A DNA stretch of 59,327 nucleotides from Thermoplasmata archaeon (GTDB lineage: Archaea > Thermoplasmatota > Thermoplasmata > RBG-16-68-12 > JAFNFQ01). Position numbers and translations under genes: made by a program. The notes below the pieces were generated by a model. That model ran no database searches. It was not told the origin of the DNA and saw only the letters and a program-made list of their open reading frames with translations. Location of the stretch: NCBI GenBank assembly GCA_041489255.1, contig JBGPQV010000018.1, forward strand, positions 1 to 59,327, given 5' to 3'. Every line of letters begins with the position of its first letter. Within the stretch, counting starts at the first letter, position 1. Positions 19,844-29,108 of this stretch are shown here, piece by piece.

Positions 19844-20403
19844 GTGGTCTCCCTCCCGACCGATTCGACCTGGGGATGTTTGTCGTGCTTCCCGCACGAG
19901 CACATGGCCGGATGCCGACCGAGCATGATTCCCCTGGCCTTCCTTTCAGCCAGGGCTGCCCGGATAGACTGTGCTCGTCGTCCCTCCCTGTCCTGCTTGT
20001 CTGCCTCAAGCGCGGACATTAGAGAAAGCATCCCGTCAGCCTTGGCGGAATCCTTCCCTCCGTCGAAATTGAGTTCCGGCTGCCGGACGAAATGCCACGC
20101 GCAACCGGCTTCCCTGATGCCCCGGAGGATCTTCAACGCCTCTCCGTGCCCGCGCAGGTCCGAGAGCGACATGAACACGATGAGCGAGAAACGGCGCTTA
20201 CGCGAGTCCCTGAGAAGCGCCGGGAGAGAGGACCGGACCCGTCCGCCATTGCAGATGTCGGTGTACGATCTGACGACCATGAACCCTCTCGATTCCGCAT
20301 AGTCGGATACCTCGCGGTTCAACCCCTCGACGGCATCCTGCGCGTGAGCCCGCAGATAGATGGCCGCCCTCGTCCGTGCGTGATCGGCGGTCTTTGCCCT
20401 CAT
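19840..20403 (-). CDS. Serine-recombinase-like protein lacking the catalytic Ser and the HTH
   Basis: RAAIYLRAHAQD replaces YxRVST and SDLRG replaces DRLxR; it retains AAL..RKARG..LGR. Confidence 0.75.
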   Translation of the reverse strand: MRAKTADHARTRAAIYLRAHAQDAVEGLNREVSDYAESRGFMVVRSYTDICNGGRVRSSLPALLRDSRKRRFSLIVFMSLSDLRGHGEALKILRGIREAGCAWHFVRQPELNFDGGKDSAKADGMLSLMSALEADKQDREGRRAQSIRAALAERKARGIMLGRHPAMCSCGKHDKHPQVESVGRETT

Positions 20404-21155
20404 GGAGCACCCCGCTGCACGGGCTTCATCGGGCAACCCGGCCAGTGGTAGCTTATCTCGCCCCTCGCCATGTCGATCAGGTACCACTTGCCATCATTTC
20501 CGAGGCTGAAATCGACCGACCACCAATCCTTGAACCGCAATGCCACTTCCCCGGCGATCTCCTTGACCTCGGGATGCGGGCAGTCCGATATTCCCTTGAG
20601 ACGCTCTTTCCAGTCAGCCGCCTTTGGCTGCTCGAATGCCGCCTCGAACGCCTCCATGGGCCAGTAGGGGTGCCGGCACTCGACCCCGCCGTCCCGCACG
20701 AAGTATCGGTGCTCGTGATTGATGGGCATGTCCCCATGAAAGGCCTCGAAGACGGTCTGCATCGGCACATACTCGCGCACGACGAGCCATCGATAGGGGA
20801 GGCCCATGATGTCGGCGAGCTCGTTGGCTTCAAGTAGAGCGTAGATGTTGCGGCCAAGGTGGTCCTCACTCCGCACGAAGCAGGTCTCCTTCCAGGAATG
20901 CTTCCCCGAGGCGTAGTCGGTGCGGATGAAGACGGGGTACTCGAATGGTATGAGTCGCCTGACCCTCTCGACGAACTCAGGCGGGATGCCTTTGTCCATC
21001 CAGTCCAGGGTCTTCGTGATCGGCAGGGCGATGAAGACGGTCTCCGGCACATGCAGGTCGGCTACCCTCGGGAACCAGTAGGCCATGCTGGTCTGTCGTT
21101 GAATCTCCATGTCCAGCATGACCGCCTCTGACTGGCGAGCGTCCTTGGCGGTCAT
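20400..21155 (-). CDS. ATP-grasp fold protein (R2K/Cdc123-like)
   Basis: PVFIRTDYASGKH, LVVREYVP, EHRYFV, WSVDF, WYLIDM. Confidence 0.7.
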   Translation of the reverse strand: MTAKDARQSEAVMLDMEIQRQTSMAYWFPRVADLHVPETVFIALPITKTLDWMDKGIPPEFVERVRRLIPFEYPVFIRTDYASGKHSWKETCFVRSEDHLGRNIYALLEANELADIMGLPYRWLVVREYVPMQTVFEAFHGDMPINHEHRYFVRDGGVECRHPYWPMEAFEAAFEQPKAADWKERLKGISDCPHPEVKEIAGEVALRFKDWWSVDFSLGNDGKWYLIDMARGEISYHWPGCPMKPVQRGAP

Positions 21156-21385
21156 TCCGCCCTCTTTCTCAGCATTTGATTTCTGTTGAGATAGAAAGGA
21201 TAGTTCTCTTCCTCGCGGACCTCCGGCGGGTGCGAATATTCTCCATGGGATGTATTCCACCATTTCTGTAATCGTTCATTCTTTTTCTTGACGGCGGCGA
21301 GGTCGGTCTCGAGGACGCGGATGCGCTCATTTAGCATGTTAATCTGTTCTTGTAATCCCATAACGACATCATCGAACTCGCTCAT
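21152..21385 (-). CDS. Small coiled-coil hypothetical protein
   Basis: Translationally coupled ORF within the leftward operon. Confidence 0.55.
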   Translation of the reverse strand: MSEFDDVVMGLQEQINMLNERIRVLETDLAAVKKKNERLQKWWNTSHGEYSHPPEVREEENYPFYLNRNQMLRKRAE

Positions 21386-21386
21386 C

Positions 21387-21617
21387 TCAATCAGTCCCCC
21401 TTCTCAGCACTGATGAATCCAAAGGACGGTGGGCCCCCCATCGGCCCATTCTCGTCATACGAGCGGTTTGACTGCAAGTCCTCTCCTCCCTCAGGACGCC
21501 TTCCGGGTAGGGCATCCAGCAACATGAGCAGTAGTACCGCCAGGACCAAAGGAACCTGACCCTGATGCCCATGTTGTCGACCGGGTGACCGCAATGATGA
21601 CACCTGTGCAGCCTCAC
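21387..21617 (-). CDS. Small Cys-rich hypothetical protein
   Basis: CHHC..CSCC; start overlaps the upstream stop. Confidence 0.45.
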   Translation of the reverse strand: MRLHRCHHCGHPVDNMGIRVRFLWSWRYYCSCCWMPYPEGVLREERTCSQTARMTRMGRWGAHRPLDSSVLRRGTD

Positions 21618-21922
21618 GACGCATCCTCCCCTTGGTCACGGGGGTGTTCATCCCCGCCGATCGCGTCGGGACCGTGCCCATTATCGTTCAGTCCATCCTC
21701 CAGCAATCCCTCGCATAGCCTCCTTACCGTGGTCCTCCCGAGGTTGAGTCCATCGGCAATCTGTGACCATGACTTCCCGGCGAGGCGCATGTCCCTGGCC
21801 TTGTCGACGGCCTCCCGCGGCACCGGCGGTCTGCCTCGCTTCCTCCTGCAACCCCCCTCGGCGGGATTCCCCGAACCGCACGTGGTGCGTTCCTCGGGTG
21901 TGCTCCTTTCCTCACCGGGCAT
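21614..21922 (-). CDS. Stand-alone Hin/resolvase-type HTH protein
   Basis: KRGRPP..GKSWSQIADGLNLGRTTVRR. Confidence 0.75.
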   Translation of the reverse strand: MPGEERSTPEERTTCGSGNPAEGGCRRKRGRPPVPREAVDKARDMRLAGKSWSQIADGLNLGRTTVRRLCEGLLEDGLNDNGHGPDAIGGDEHPRDQGEDAS

Positions 21923-22179
21923 CAGGTCCCCTCCTTGCCCGCGCCCAGGATGAGGTCCACGTTGGCCAGAATCACAGCCCTTGTCCGCTTCCACCTCTCC
22001 TCCCTGACCTGCTCAACCGTCTTACCCTCGGCGAGCGCACGCGCGGCATCGACGTGCTTGCACGGCCTATCCCTGTAGTAGTTGTCCCGGCATGTGCATC
22101 CGTCCGTCTCGACGTCCACGATGTAGTCTCCGACCCTGTAGACGCTGCCGCCGACGTGCTCCGCCTTCAGGTCATCCAC
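21922..22179 (-). CDS. SWIM zinc-finger protein
   Basis: CTCRD-x6-PCKH. Confidence 0.8.
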   Translation of the reverse strand: MDDLKAEHVGGSVYRVGDYIVDVETDGCTCRDNYYRDRPCKHVDAARALAEGKTVEQVREERWKRTRAVILANVDLILGAGKEGT

Positions 22180-22859
22180 TCGATGCTCACCCCCGAGTCC
22201 GACACGACCATGGCGGCTATCAACGACCCGAACCCGAACTGGCGGGAGCGGTGCGCCTTGATGTGGATGAGGGTCCTGCCGGGCCCCTTCTCGACGACGA
22301 AAGGCTCCAGGAGCTCCTTGGCCCCGAACTGCGCCTTATCGCCGAAAGCCCTGTGGGGCTTGCCCTGCGCCTCCGCCAGCTCGCTTATCGGCTGGTTCGT
22401 CACGATCGCCTGGCCGCCCCTCACGTATGCCCATTCCTTGAGGCTGCCGAACATCCCTATCATGTCGAGGAGCGCCCCGCCCCGCTCACGGAGGTCCATC
22501 CTTGAGAACCTCGCCAGGACGGGGAAGCCTATCGAGTCGATCACGACCAACTCGGGACCCGTCTTGCCCTTCTTCGGCAGGGCGTGTATCAGGTCGGACA
22601 GCTCTTTGTAGAGGGGGATGTACCGATATGCGTCCCCGAGGACTGCCGCCTGGGACCGCGTCAGGTTCCTCTCGGTGTCGACGTAGAGGACGGAGGCGTT
22701 GCCCTTGATGGCGTCGTGCGCGACCTTGTGAGCGAACGTCGTCTTGCCCGTCCCGGTGTCCCCGAACAGCTCGACCACGTCGGCGTCCTCGAAGACCCGC
22801 TTGAGCTCCTTGTAGTCATTCTCGCTGTGCCCTTTCAAATCCTGCTGAGTCGATTGCAT
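22167..22859 (-). CDS. RadB-like RecA-superfamily ATPase
   Basis: ELFGDTGTGKT, LYVDTE, LVVIDSI, IVTNQ; start at MQSTQQ after GGAG. Confidence 0.85.
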   Translation of the reverse strand: MQSTQQDLKGHSENDYKELKRVFEDADVVELFGDTGTGKTTFAHKVAHDAIKGNASVLYVDTERNLTRSQAAVLGDAYRYIPLYKELSDLIHALPKKGKTGPELVVIDSIGFPVLARFSRMDLRERGGALLDMIGMFGSLKEWAYVRGGQAIVTNQPISELAEAQGKPHRAFGDKAQFGAKELLEPFVVEKGPGRTLIHIKAHRSRQFGFGSLIAAMVVSDSGVSIEWMT

Positions 22860-22863
22860 CTTT

Positions 22864-23001
22864 TCACTCTCCTTTTGTCTCATGCGAAGGAGCGTCATCG
22901 CCCGGCCTCGGCTCTTTGATGGCCTTGCGGTCGGGCCTCCGAGAAGCTGGAGGGCGGCCCATGCTCCGGGCCCGGCGGGGCTTCGGATAGGGGCGCTTCA
23001 T
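22864..23001 (-). CDS. 45-aa basic peptide (below the ORF-track cutoff)
   Basis: MKRPYPKPRRAR...; fills the gap between coupled genes exactly. Confidence 0.35.
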   Translation of the reverse strand: MKRPYPKPRRARSMGRPPASRRPDRKAIKEPRPGDDAPSHETKGE

Positions 23002-23754
23002 CTAACCGACCTCCTCCCTGCCAAGATGGGCCTCCAGACAATCGGGGCAGCGTTTGCCGCTGTCACCGTCTGGGCAATCCTTGAGGTGACTTCGGTTGAA
23101 CAGTAGGCCGCAATCCACGCAACTCTCGACGACGCCGGCAGCCTCGGATTGGAGCGGGAAGGGGCGGTAGGTCTGAGCGGACGTGACCGCCCCCTCGATT
23201 ATCTCGACGAGGGACTGTTCGAGCCCGCCGAGTATCCCGTTGAGCCGATCGCGGGTGTCCTGCACGAGGGAAAGAGCCTTCGCGTATTCCCGCCGGACCC
23301 ATTCGTCGTCTGGAGGGGAGTCGAGGCGCTGCATAGTCCCGGCCGTGAGAGCCTTCGTCCCTTCATCCGATGAATTTAGGCATGGCTCTGTCGGGGCTTC
23401 CCCGACTTCGATGTATTCCAGACACCGGGAGCAGTTGGCCGCATAGACGCCGGTTGCCCGGTTGCGGAACACCATGACTCTGCTGTCACACTTCGGGCAT
23501 GTGGCAATCTTGAAGTTGGGGACCGGTGGATCTGCTCCGTCTTCCCCAGGGAGTCCGACCCCGCCATAGCCCTCGCCCTTGCATGAAGCACAGGGCGTCA
23601 ACCCATCATCCTGTACGACCTCGCCGACGCCGTGGCACTCTGGGCAGACTGAGCGGCCGTTCAGGTTCCGCCCGCACGTCCTGCAGAAGCCGGTGCTATC
23701 CATGGGTGAGCCGTCATGGGGGCAGCGTGTCTCGGCGGAGACCTCGGCGATCAT
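23002..23754 (-). CDS. Multi-zinc-finger hypothetical protein
   Basis: About eight CxxC-type knuckles. Confidence 0.6.
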   Translation of the reverse strand: MIAEVSAETRCPHDGSPMDSTGFCRTCGRNLNGRSVCPECHGVGEVVQDDGLTPCASCKGEGYGGVGLPGEDGADPPVPNFKIATCPKCDSRVMVFRNRATGVYAANCSRCLEYIEVGEAPTEPCLNSSDEGTKALTAGTMQRLDSPPDDEWVRREYAKALSLVQDTRDRLNGILGGLEQSLVEIIEGAVTSAQTYRPFPLQSEAAGVVESCVDCGLLFNRSHLKDCPDGDSGKRCPDCLEAHLGREEVG

Positions 23755-24542
23755 CAGCGGTGCCTCCTTGAGCGGGGGATGGGGGGTTCGTTGTCGGTCG
23801 GGTCCTCCGTCGTCATGAGCTCGCCTTTCAACCGCTCCCTCGCCAACTCGACGAGGGGGTCTGGGTCAGATTCGAGGGGGTGACCTGCCTCTGAGAGCTT
23901 CGACATGATCGCATTGACCCGCCTGACTTCCTTCGGCCCCGCCTCCGCGGAGACGAGACCAGCCGGTAGGCGGTCGTGAAGCTCCTGGGCAGTTATGAGC
24001 GAGCCATCGGAGGAAAGCCCCCACCGTCTGTTGCGTTTGAAAATCCAAAGCCGGGCGAGTGCCACCATGCCTCTGGCGTGAAGTCCAGCGGCCAATGCAG
24101 AATAGGTCCGCTGGAAGTCCTCGTCGTCGTCAGGGGGCAGGATGTATTGGAGGCCCGAGGCAACGAACCGTGACGTTGCTTCCGCGAGGGGTATCAACGC
24201 TTCGACGACCATATCCTCACGCCGGAACCGCCCTCGAGTGTCCCTGACCTCATCCTTGGTGAAAGTGACGAACATCTCGTCTATCTCGATGCCCCGCAGG
24301 GGGACCTTGGCGCAGTTCTCGTATCGAGCTCCACATGCCTTGCAGACGTGCTCCGCCAAGACGGTCGGTCGGCCGCAACCGCAGACGATCTTAGGCTTTG
24401 CCCATCGGTCCAGTCGTCCCTGCCAGACATGGACCTTGTTTCTGATGCCGCCGAAGACCAGGACGATCTCGATGGGGCGTGGATATGCTGCGGTATCGCC
24501 GAACAAAGCAGCTCCCGGCGGGCTCTGACTCTGCCCGTTCAT
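23754..24542 (-). CDS. Divergent Ku-like DNA end-binding protein
   Basis: Collinear with prokaryotic Ku: LVFGGIRNKVHVW (cf. ISFGLVNIPVKLY), VCKACG, LRGIEIDEMFVTFTKDEV (cf. VKGYE..YV.LT.EEL), YILPP..TYSALAAGLHARGMVALARL (cf. YYL.P..AY.LL..AL...GKVAIAR). Confidence 0.6.
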   Translation of the reverse strand: MNGQSQSPPGAALFGDTAAYPRPIEIVLVFGGIRNKVHVWQGRLDRWAKPKIVCGCGRPTVLAEHVCKACGARYENCAKVPLRGIEIDEMFVTFTKDEVRDTRGRFRREDMVVEALIPLAEATSRFVASGLQYILPPDDDEDFQRTYSALAAGLHARGMVALARLWIFKRNRRWGLSSDGSLITAQELHDRLPAGLVSAEAGPKEVRRVNAIMSKLSEAGHPLESDPDPLVELARERLKGELMTTEDPTDNEPPIPRSRRHR

Positions 24543-25108
24543 GGCACTGCCCCCTGATCCGCTTCCTGAGGTTGCACCTGCGCGGGAGGGACTCCCGCCA
24601 ATGCCCCCTCGTCGATGCTATGGACGACGATCCGAAGTTCGTGGTGGAATGGCTTGAGGGGCTTCCTGAGTTTCTTCGTCGGGATGTTGCCTACTCTGAC
24701 GACGATGACCTTCGGCCTGGCCCCCCTGCGCTCGACTTGGAGACCGACGGGCCAGGCGTCGACTATGAGGACATAGAGAACGTCAGCCAACCGGCGGGGA
24801 CCCTCTGACGGCTTGAACCGCCATCCCATGACGGTCACGATCGCGCGTTCCACGCGTGGTAGCGTCAGGTCCGCCAAGAGAAGGCCCACGACAATCCTGC
24901 CGCCCTTGTCTATGCCGACCACGACGTCTCGCTTAAGATGGCAATGGCGGGTCTTCCTAGGTGCTGGTTGGACCCTGATTCCTCTCTTTTGGAAGAGTTG
25001 GAGAAGCGCCTCGTGTAGAGCCGCCATCCTGTCCCGCGTAGCGGGAACACGTCCTTCCCCGGGCGTAGCCGGGGAGGATACTGGGTAGATAGGGGGTTCA
25101 AGAGTCAC
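24539..25108 (-). CDS. Hypothetical protein
   Basis: Coupled to both neighbours by overlapping start/stop codons. Confidence 0.55.
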   Translation of the reverse strand: MTLEPPIYPVSSPATPGEGRVPATRDRMAALHEALLQLFQKRGIRVQPAPRKTRHCHLKRDVVVGIDKGGRIVVGLLLADLTLPRVERAIVTVMGWRFKPSEGPRRLADVLYVLIVDAWPVGLQVERRGARPKVIVVRVGNIPTKKLRKPLKPFHHELRIVVHSIDEGALAGVPPAQVQPQEADQGAVP

Positions 25109-27075
25109 GGGGGTCCTCCTTGCTCATTGACCTTCTGATCTGAAGGTGACAATCTGAGGCGGACTCTCAAGGCAGCAACCTGAGCTTCGGCCAAAGGATG
25201 TCCACCCTTCTGCATCTCGTCTCTGACATGGGCCTCGACAAGACCGGGGGGCATATTCCGTTGTGAGTGGACATTGAGGATGTCGTGAGCGCGGCGGCAA
25301 GCCTCTTCGAGGACGGGGTCCTGACCGTCAGTAGGAAAAGGGTCTGGCAGGTCTGGTAGGTTTGGCTCTACTCCATATGGAGTAGCGGCAGACCCGCCAC
25401 ACTCGCCAGACCCCTTTGGAGACTCTGGTTGGTCTATCTGCTGCTGCTTGCTCGCCGGCTTGTCCGAGGTATCAGGTCCCTTTCGGTCCTTTTCCTTGTT
25501 CTCTTGCAGGATTCTGGGGAAGATCGCCATGAATCGACGCCCCTCACGCTCCACCCGCTTCCAAGTCGGCCCCTTCTCTTTCGAGAAGCCCATCTCATCG
25601 AGGACCGCGGCGAAGCGATTGCGGGATACGTCAACGTACTCCCTACACTCACGGAGATACCGTTGTACGGCCAGGCGAAGGTCTTCCACTGAAACCTCAT
25701 CCTGCTGAAAGAGTGGGTTCGACTCGATGGCCTCGATGAGGACCGCATTCTCGGATTCGAGCTCAGGTTCCTCAATCGCCTTTTTGCGTATCTCGGCCTC
25801 AAGGTCGACGCCAAGCAATTCGGCGATGAGAAGGAGCGTGCGGGCGGTGTCTCGCTGTCTCAGCAAAGTACAGTCCTTCGAGACCCGATCAAGTTTCGCC
25901 TTGAAGTCCGGTTCATGCGTCCGAAGGAGTGCCCACGTGCCGTCCCGATTTCTTGAGACCTCCTCACAATTTCTTCGTAACCATAGAGCAGGTGGCGCGA
26001 GGAGACGCCTGAACCCTTCACCGGCGCCATCATCAGAGAATCGCGGATCCGTCGCCGCTTCCATGGCGAGGAGAATTGCCCGACTGACGAGGGCGGGCCA
26101 TGGCTTCTTTCTAAAGGTAATAAAGATCGGGCCACCATAGGGAATTTCCTCTGGGCTCCGCTTCCCCTTCTCATCGGGTTCACCGAACTTGCCATATTTG
26201 GCACCCCAATCATGACAGGCTAAGAGGTACCCTTTAATTCCAGGGTTATCTTTCTCCGCTTCATCGCCCTCATCGATCCCGAGTAAGATCGGCCCCTCAG
26301 CCCTGGCGGATCTCAGGAATGGGATAGTTGCGAATGCAAACCACTTCCCCCCGCCGAGGTACACAAGTACCTCCGCGCATCGACTCTTGCCTGCGCTGAT
26401 GCTAGGGGCCCATGGAATGCCATGTATCGCGCCACCTATCGAGGCTAACAGAGGAGCCAGGTGGCCCTGAGCCGATAGTAGAATCCCGACCACGAGATCC
26501 GCTCGTGGTGCACTGATGACCCGCCCGACCCAGTACCGAATATCCTCCCAGGTCAGGTGATTCGCGAGAAGTTCAACGTCCTCTGACTTCCATCCCACGG
26601 GCCACTCGTTAAGAAGGCCTTCATCCCTTAGCGTCTTCTGGAGAGCATCGAATCCAATCCCCTTATTGTCATCCTGAAGCGCTTCGAGCGCGTGAGCTTC
26701 ATCCATCCCGTTCAGGCGGTAGCGACGGTAGGATTCAATGGCTACAACCATCCACATCGCTCCCTCTGCCTTGTGGTGCTCTTCTCCGGGCTCGTGTTCC
26801 AGCTTGAGCGACGTGCCTCGTAGGACATGATTCAGAATCAGTTCTGCCCCGCCGGGATTACTCAGCAAGTCGTCTAGCATCGAGCCGTTCGGTCCATCGA
26901 CCAATTTCAGCAAACGACTGACGACATACTTGCGACCGACTCTTTCCTCGAGCTGCTTCGCCTTGTCCAGCCAGGCCTCGCGGGCACCGCCCTTGTCAGC
27001 AAGGTCATCCCGCTGACGGACGAGTTTTAGAACCTCATCAGTCACGGGTATTGGTGGTGCATCTTCACCGTTCAC
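25105..27075 (-). CDS. Putative replication ATPase/helicase-like protein (DUF3631-like)
   Basis: Degenerate Walker A APSISAGKS, Walker B LLGIDEGDE, SRAI Arg finger, C-terminal wHTH-like SRNRFAAVLDEMGF. Confidence 0.55.
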   Translation of the reverse strand: MNGEDAPPIPVTDEVLKLVRQRDDLADKGGAREAWLDKAKQLEERVGRKYVVSRLLKLVDGPNGSMLDDLLSNPGGAELILNHVLRGTSLKLEHEPGEEHHKAEGAMWMVVAIESYRRYRLNGMDEAHALEALQDDNKGIGFDALQKTLRDEGLLNEWPVGWKSEDVELLANHLTWEDIRYWVGRVISAPRADLVVGILLSAQGHLAPLLASIGGAIHGIPWAPSISAGKSRCAEVLVYLGGGKWFAFATIPFLRSARAEGPILLGIDEGDEAEKDNPGIKGYLLACHDWGAKYGKFGEPDEKGKRSPEEIPYGGPIFITFRKKPWPALVSRAILLAMEAATDPRFSDDGAGEGFRRLLAPPALWLRRNCEEVSRNRDGTWALLRTHEPDFKAKLDRVSKDCTLLRQRDTARTLLLIAELLGVDLEAEIRKKAIEEPELESENAVLIEAIESNPLFQQDEVSVEDLRLAVQRYLRECREYVDVSRNRFAAVLDEMGFSKEKGPTWKRVEREGRRFMAIFPRILQENKEKDRKGPDTSDKPASKQQQIDQPESPKGSGECGGSAATPYGVEPNLPDLPDPFPTDGQDPVLEEACRRAHDILNVHSQRNMPPGLVEAHVRDEMQKGGHPLAEAQVAALRVRLRLSPSDQKVNEQGGPP

Positions 27076-27150
27076 GGCAGCCGCCTCCCCCGTTGAACCT
27101 TCAAGACCGCCGACTTCTTGATGCTCCAGTCCCCGTCCCGTCGCTGGAGG

Positions 27151-27158
27151 TTTATAAA
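27151..27158 (-). promoter_or_regulatory. TATA box for the leftward operon
   Basis: TTTATAAA ~75 nt upstream of GTG 27075, with GGAGG in the leader. Confidence 0.5.
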
Positions 27159-27255
27159 ATATTCATCCTCTGATATAATTGTCCCTCGGAGGACACGGAG
27201 GCTGCCTTTTTCCTCGAAGGTGACCACGTCCTCAGTTGCAGAAGCAGACACAAAG

Positions 27256-27639
27256 TCACTCTCCGATTGATGGTCGGGGTCGTTCGCCGAATAAGATCAT
27301 CAGCCCTCCGCCGATTAGGAGACCGACCCCGCAGCCGACTACTGCGAGGCCGTAGGTGGTGTGCCACACGAGAAAGCCGGAAAAGAGAAAGAAGACGGCG
27401 AACCCAAAAAGCAGCCAAACTTCTCTTGCGAGACCTGTGAGGTCAAGGCCGTAGCAAACGAGACCCACGGTCAAGCTGACCGTTCCGATCAAATAAACCA
27501 GCACAGCAAGATCCCTCAGGATCGGCGCCATACTGAAACCTATGATGATGAAGACGAGGCCCAGCACCGCAAGCGCCGGAGGGAGCCACTCGAGGACTTT
27601 CTCGCCACGGCTCGATGTGTGATTCATCAAGTTTTCCAC
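27256..27639 (-). CDS. Small four-TM membrane protein
   Basis: Four hydrophobic stretches. Confidence 0.65.
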   Translation of the reverse strand: MENLMNHTSSRGEKVLEWLPPALAVLGLVFIIIGFSMAPILRDLAVLVYLIGTVSLTVGLVCYGLDLTGLAREVWLLFGFAVFFLFSGFLVWHTTYGLAVVGCGVGLLIGGGLMILFGERPRPSIGE

Positions 27640-27642
27640 CTC

Positions 27643-27873
27643 CTATATCAGGCTCGCCTTGCCCTCCTTGAGTCTCCTGGTGAAAAGCCGGATCGCCGCA
27701 GCCATCGAGAGTTCGTACTTCGCGCATTCCTCCTTGAGGATGGCATGGGTTTTCCGGTCGACCATCACCGCCATAGTGTTGCGTGAGGCTCTAGCTTTCG
27801 TCCTGCAATCAACGCACAGAAGGTCGTCTCCCGTGGTCTCGTCTCCGCATGTCTTGCATCGTTGAGAAGTCAT
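27643..27873 (-). CDS. Zinc knuckle plus ribbon-helix-helix-like regulator
   Basis: CKTC..CVDC followed by TMAVMVDRKTHAILKEEC..LSMAAAIRLF. Confidence 0.6.
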   Translation of the reverse strand: MTSQRCKTCGDETTGDDLLCVDCRTKARASRNTMAVMVDRKTHAILKEECAKYELSMAAAIRLFTRRLKEGKASLI

Positions 27874-28031
27874 GGTTCTCGTACCCTGCGAACAGGCTAA
27901 TGGTTAATGGGGGTTAGAATAGTGCGGTCATCGGATTGCTTGTGCAAACTGAAGGGGAAATATCGCAGAATGGGCAGATGTATGGGGATTTGAGGGCATA
28001 TTATATATATCGTCTGCGACATGTCTTACAC

Positions 28032-29108
28032 ATGCCCGCTCAGAGACGCTCATCCGGCATGTGGACGATCGGGAAAACTGAGGATGCAGCACTGGAAGTC
28101 CTGTATCCCGGTACCTTCGAAAAGCGGATGGAAAAGAAGCTCGGACGTCCGAAGGCCCTCACACCACGAGAAGTCGGAAAGTCCATCGCAAATCGATACG
28201 GCAACAAGCCGAGTCGCAATACCACGGGTAATGCCCTCCGCAGTCTCGAAGAGCAGGGACTTGTCGAGAACGTAGGAAGTGCGCGACACCCCCATTACAG
28301 ACGACCGGCTAAATCAGACCACAAGAAGATTCTGGGTCAATTGCTGGAACGCGCGAAGACGAGAGAACGCGAGAGAGACCTGAGAGCGGTGCTGGAGATG
28401 ATGGGCGTCATTCGGTGGTGGCAGAAAATCCCGAAGGAATTTCGACACCTCATGAGAGTGCCAGTGATCCACAAGTTCAAACACCCGGAGTCCGCCTCAA
28501 CCTTCGTTGGGAAAGATGGGGTCTTGAAACAAGCTGGACTGCCAGGCGTTTATCAGGTTGGACCAGGGACATTCTGGAATCTCCCCCGTGAGGACCTCCA
28601 CCGAATAGGCGATCATATCAAAGCGATTCAGGCGATTTGGACCAACGCCATAATAAGACTCCATGAAGAGGAAACGAGAGCCATGGAAGAGATGATGGCC
28701 GACGCGTCCAAGAACAACGAGGTCGATTCGCTTTTTGGGACGACCTTCGTCAGCGCCGAAGGAATCGATAGAATGGCGAAGGAGAAGACACCTCAGTATC
28801 AAGGATGGAAGAATGCAAGATTCCGAGAGATGATAACACTGCCTTGGGCTCTCGTCATCAAATGGGGAGCGAATTGGGGCGATTTCGACCTTCCTGACGT
28901 ATTGAATGTAAAGGGGGACGCAGCGGGTCATGAGGCCGCATTTGCGATCGGTCAGACAAAAGGTCGTCTGAGAAAGGAAGGAGCCGGGGGAAGTGTTCTC
29001 ACTCCAGAATCATTATTGTATAAGAATTATTATCTAGATTTCTGGAGCGAGCTCGATATGCAGATTTATCAGAGGTCTACCCAACGTGGTTCATCCAGTC
29101 AGGGTTAG
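28032..29108 (+). CDS. N-terminal winged-HTH protein, probable regulator
   Basis: LTPREVG..SRNTTGNALRSLEEQGLVE; AT-rich TATA stretch at 27998-28010. Start uncertain. Confidence 0.6.
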   Translation: MPAQRRSSGMWTIGKTEDAALEVLYPGTFEKRMEKKLGRPKALTPREVGKSIANRYGNKPSRNTTGNALRSLEEQGLVENVGSARHPHYRRPAKSDHKKILGQLLERAKTRERERDLRAVLEMMGVIRWWQKIPKEFRHLMRVPVIHKFKHPESASTFVGKDGVLKQAGLPGVYQVGPGTFWNLPREDLHRIGDHIKAIQAIWTNAIIRLHEEETRAMEEMMADASKNNEVDSLFGTTFVSAEGIDRMAKEKTPQYQGWKNARFREMITLPWALVIKWGANWGDFDLPDVLNVKGDAAGHEAAFAIGQTKGRLRKEGAGGSVLTPESLLYKNYYLDFWSELDMQIYQRSTQRGSSSQG

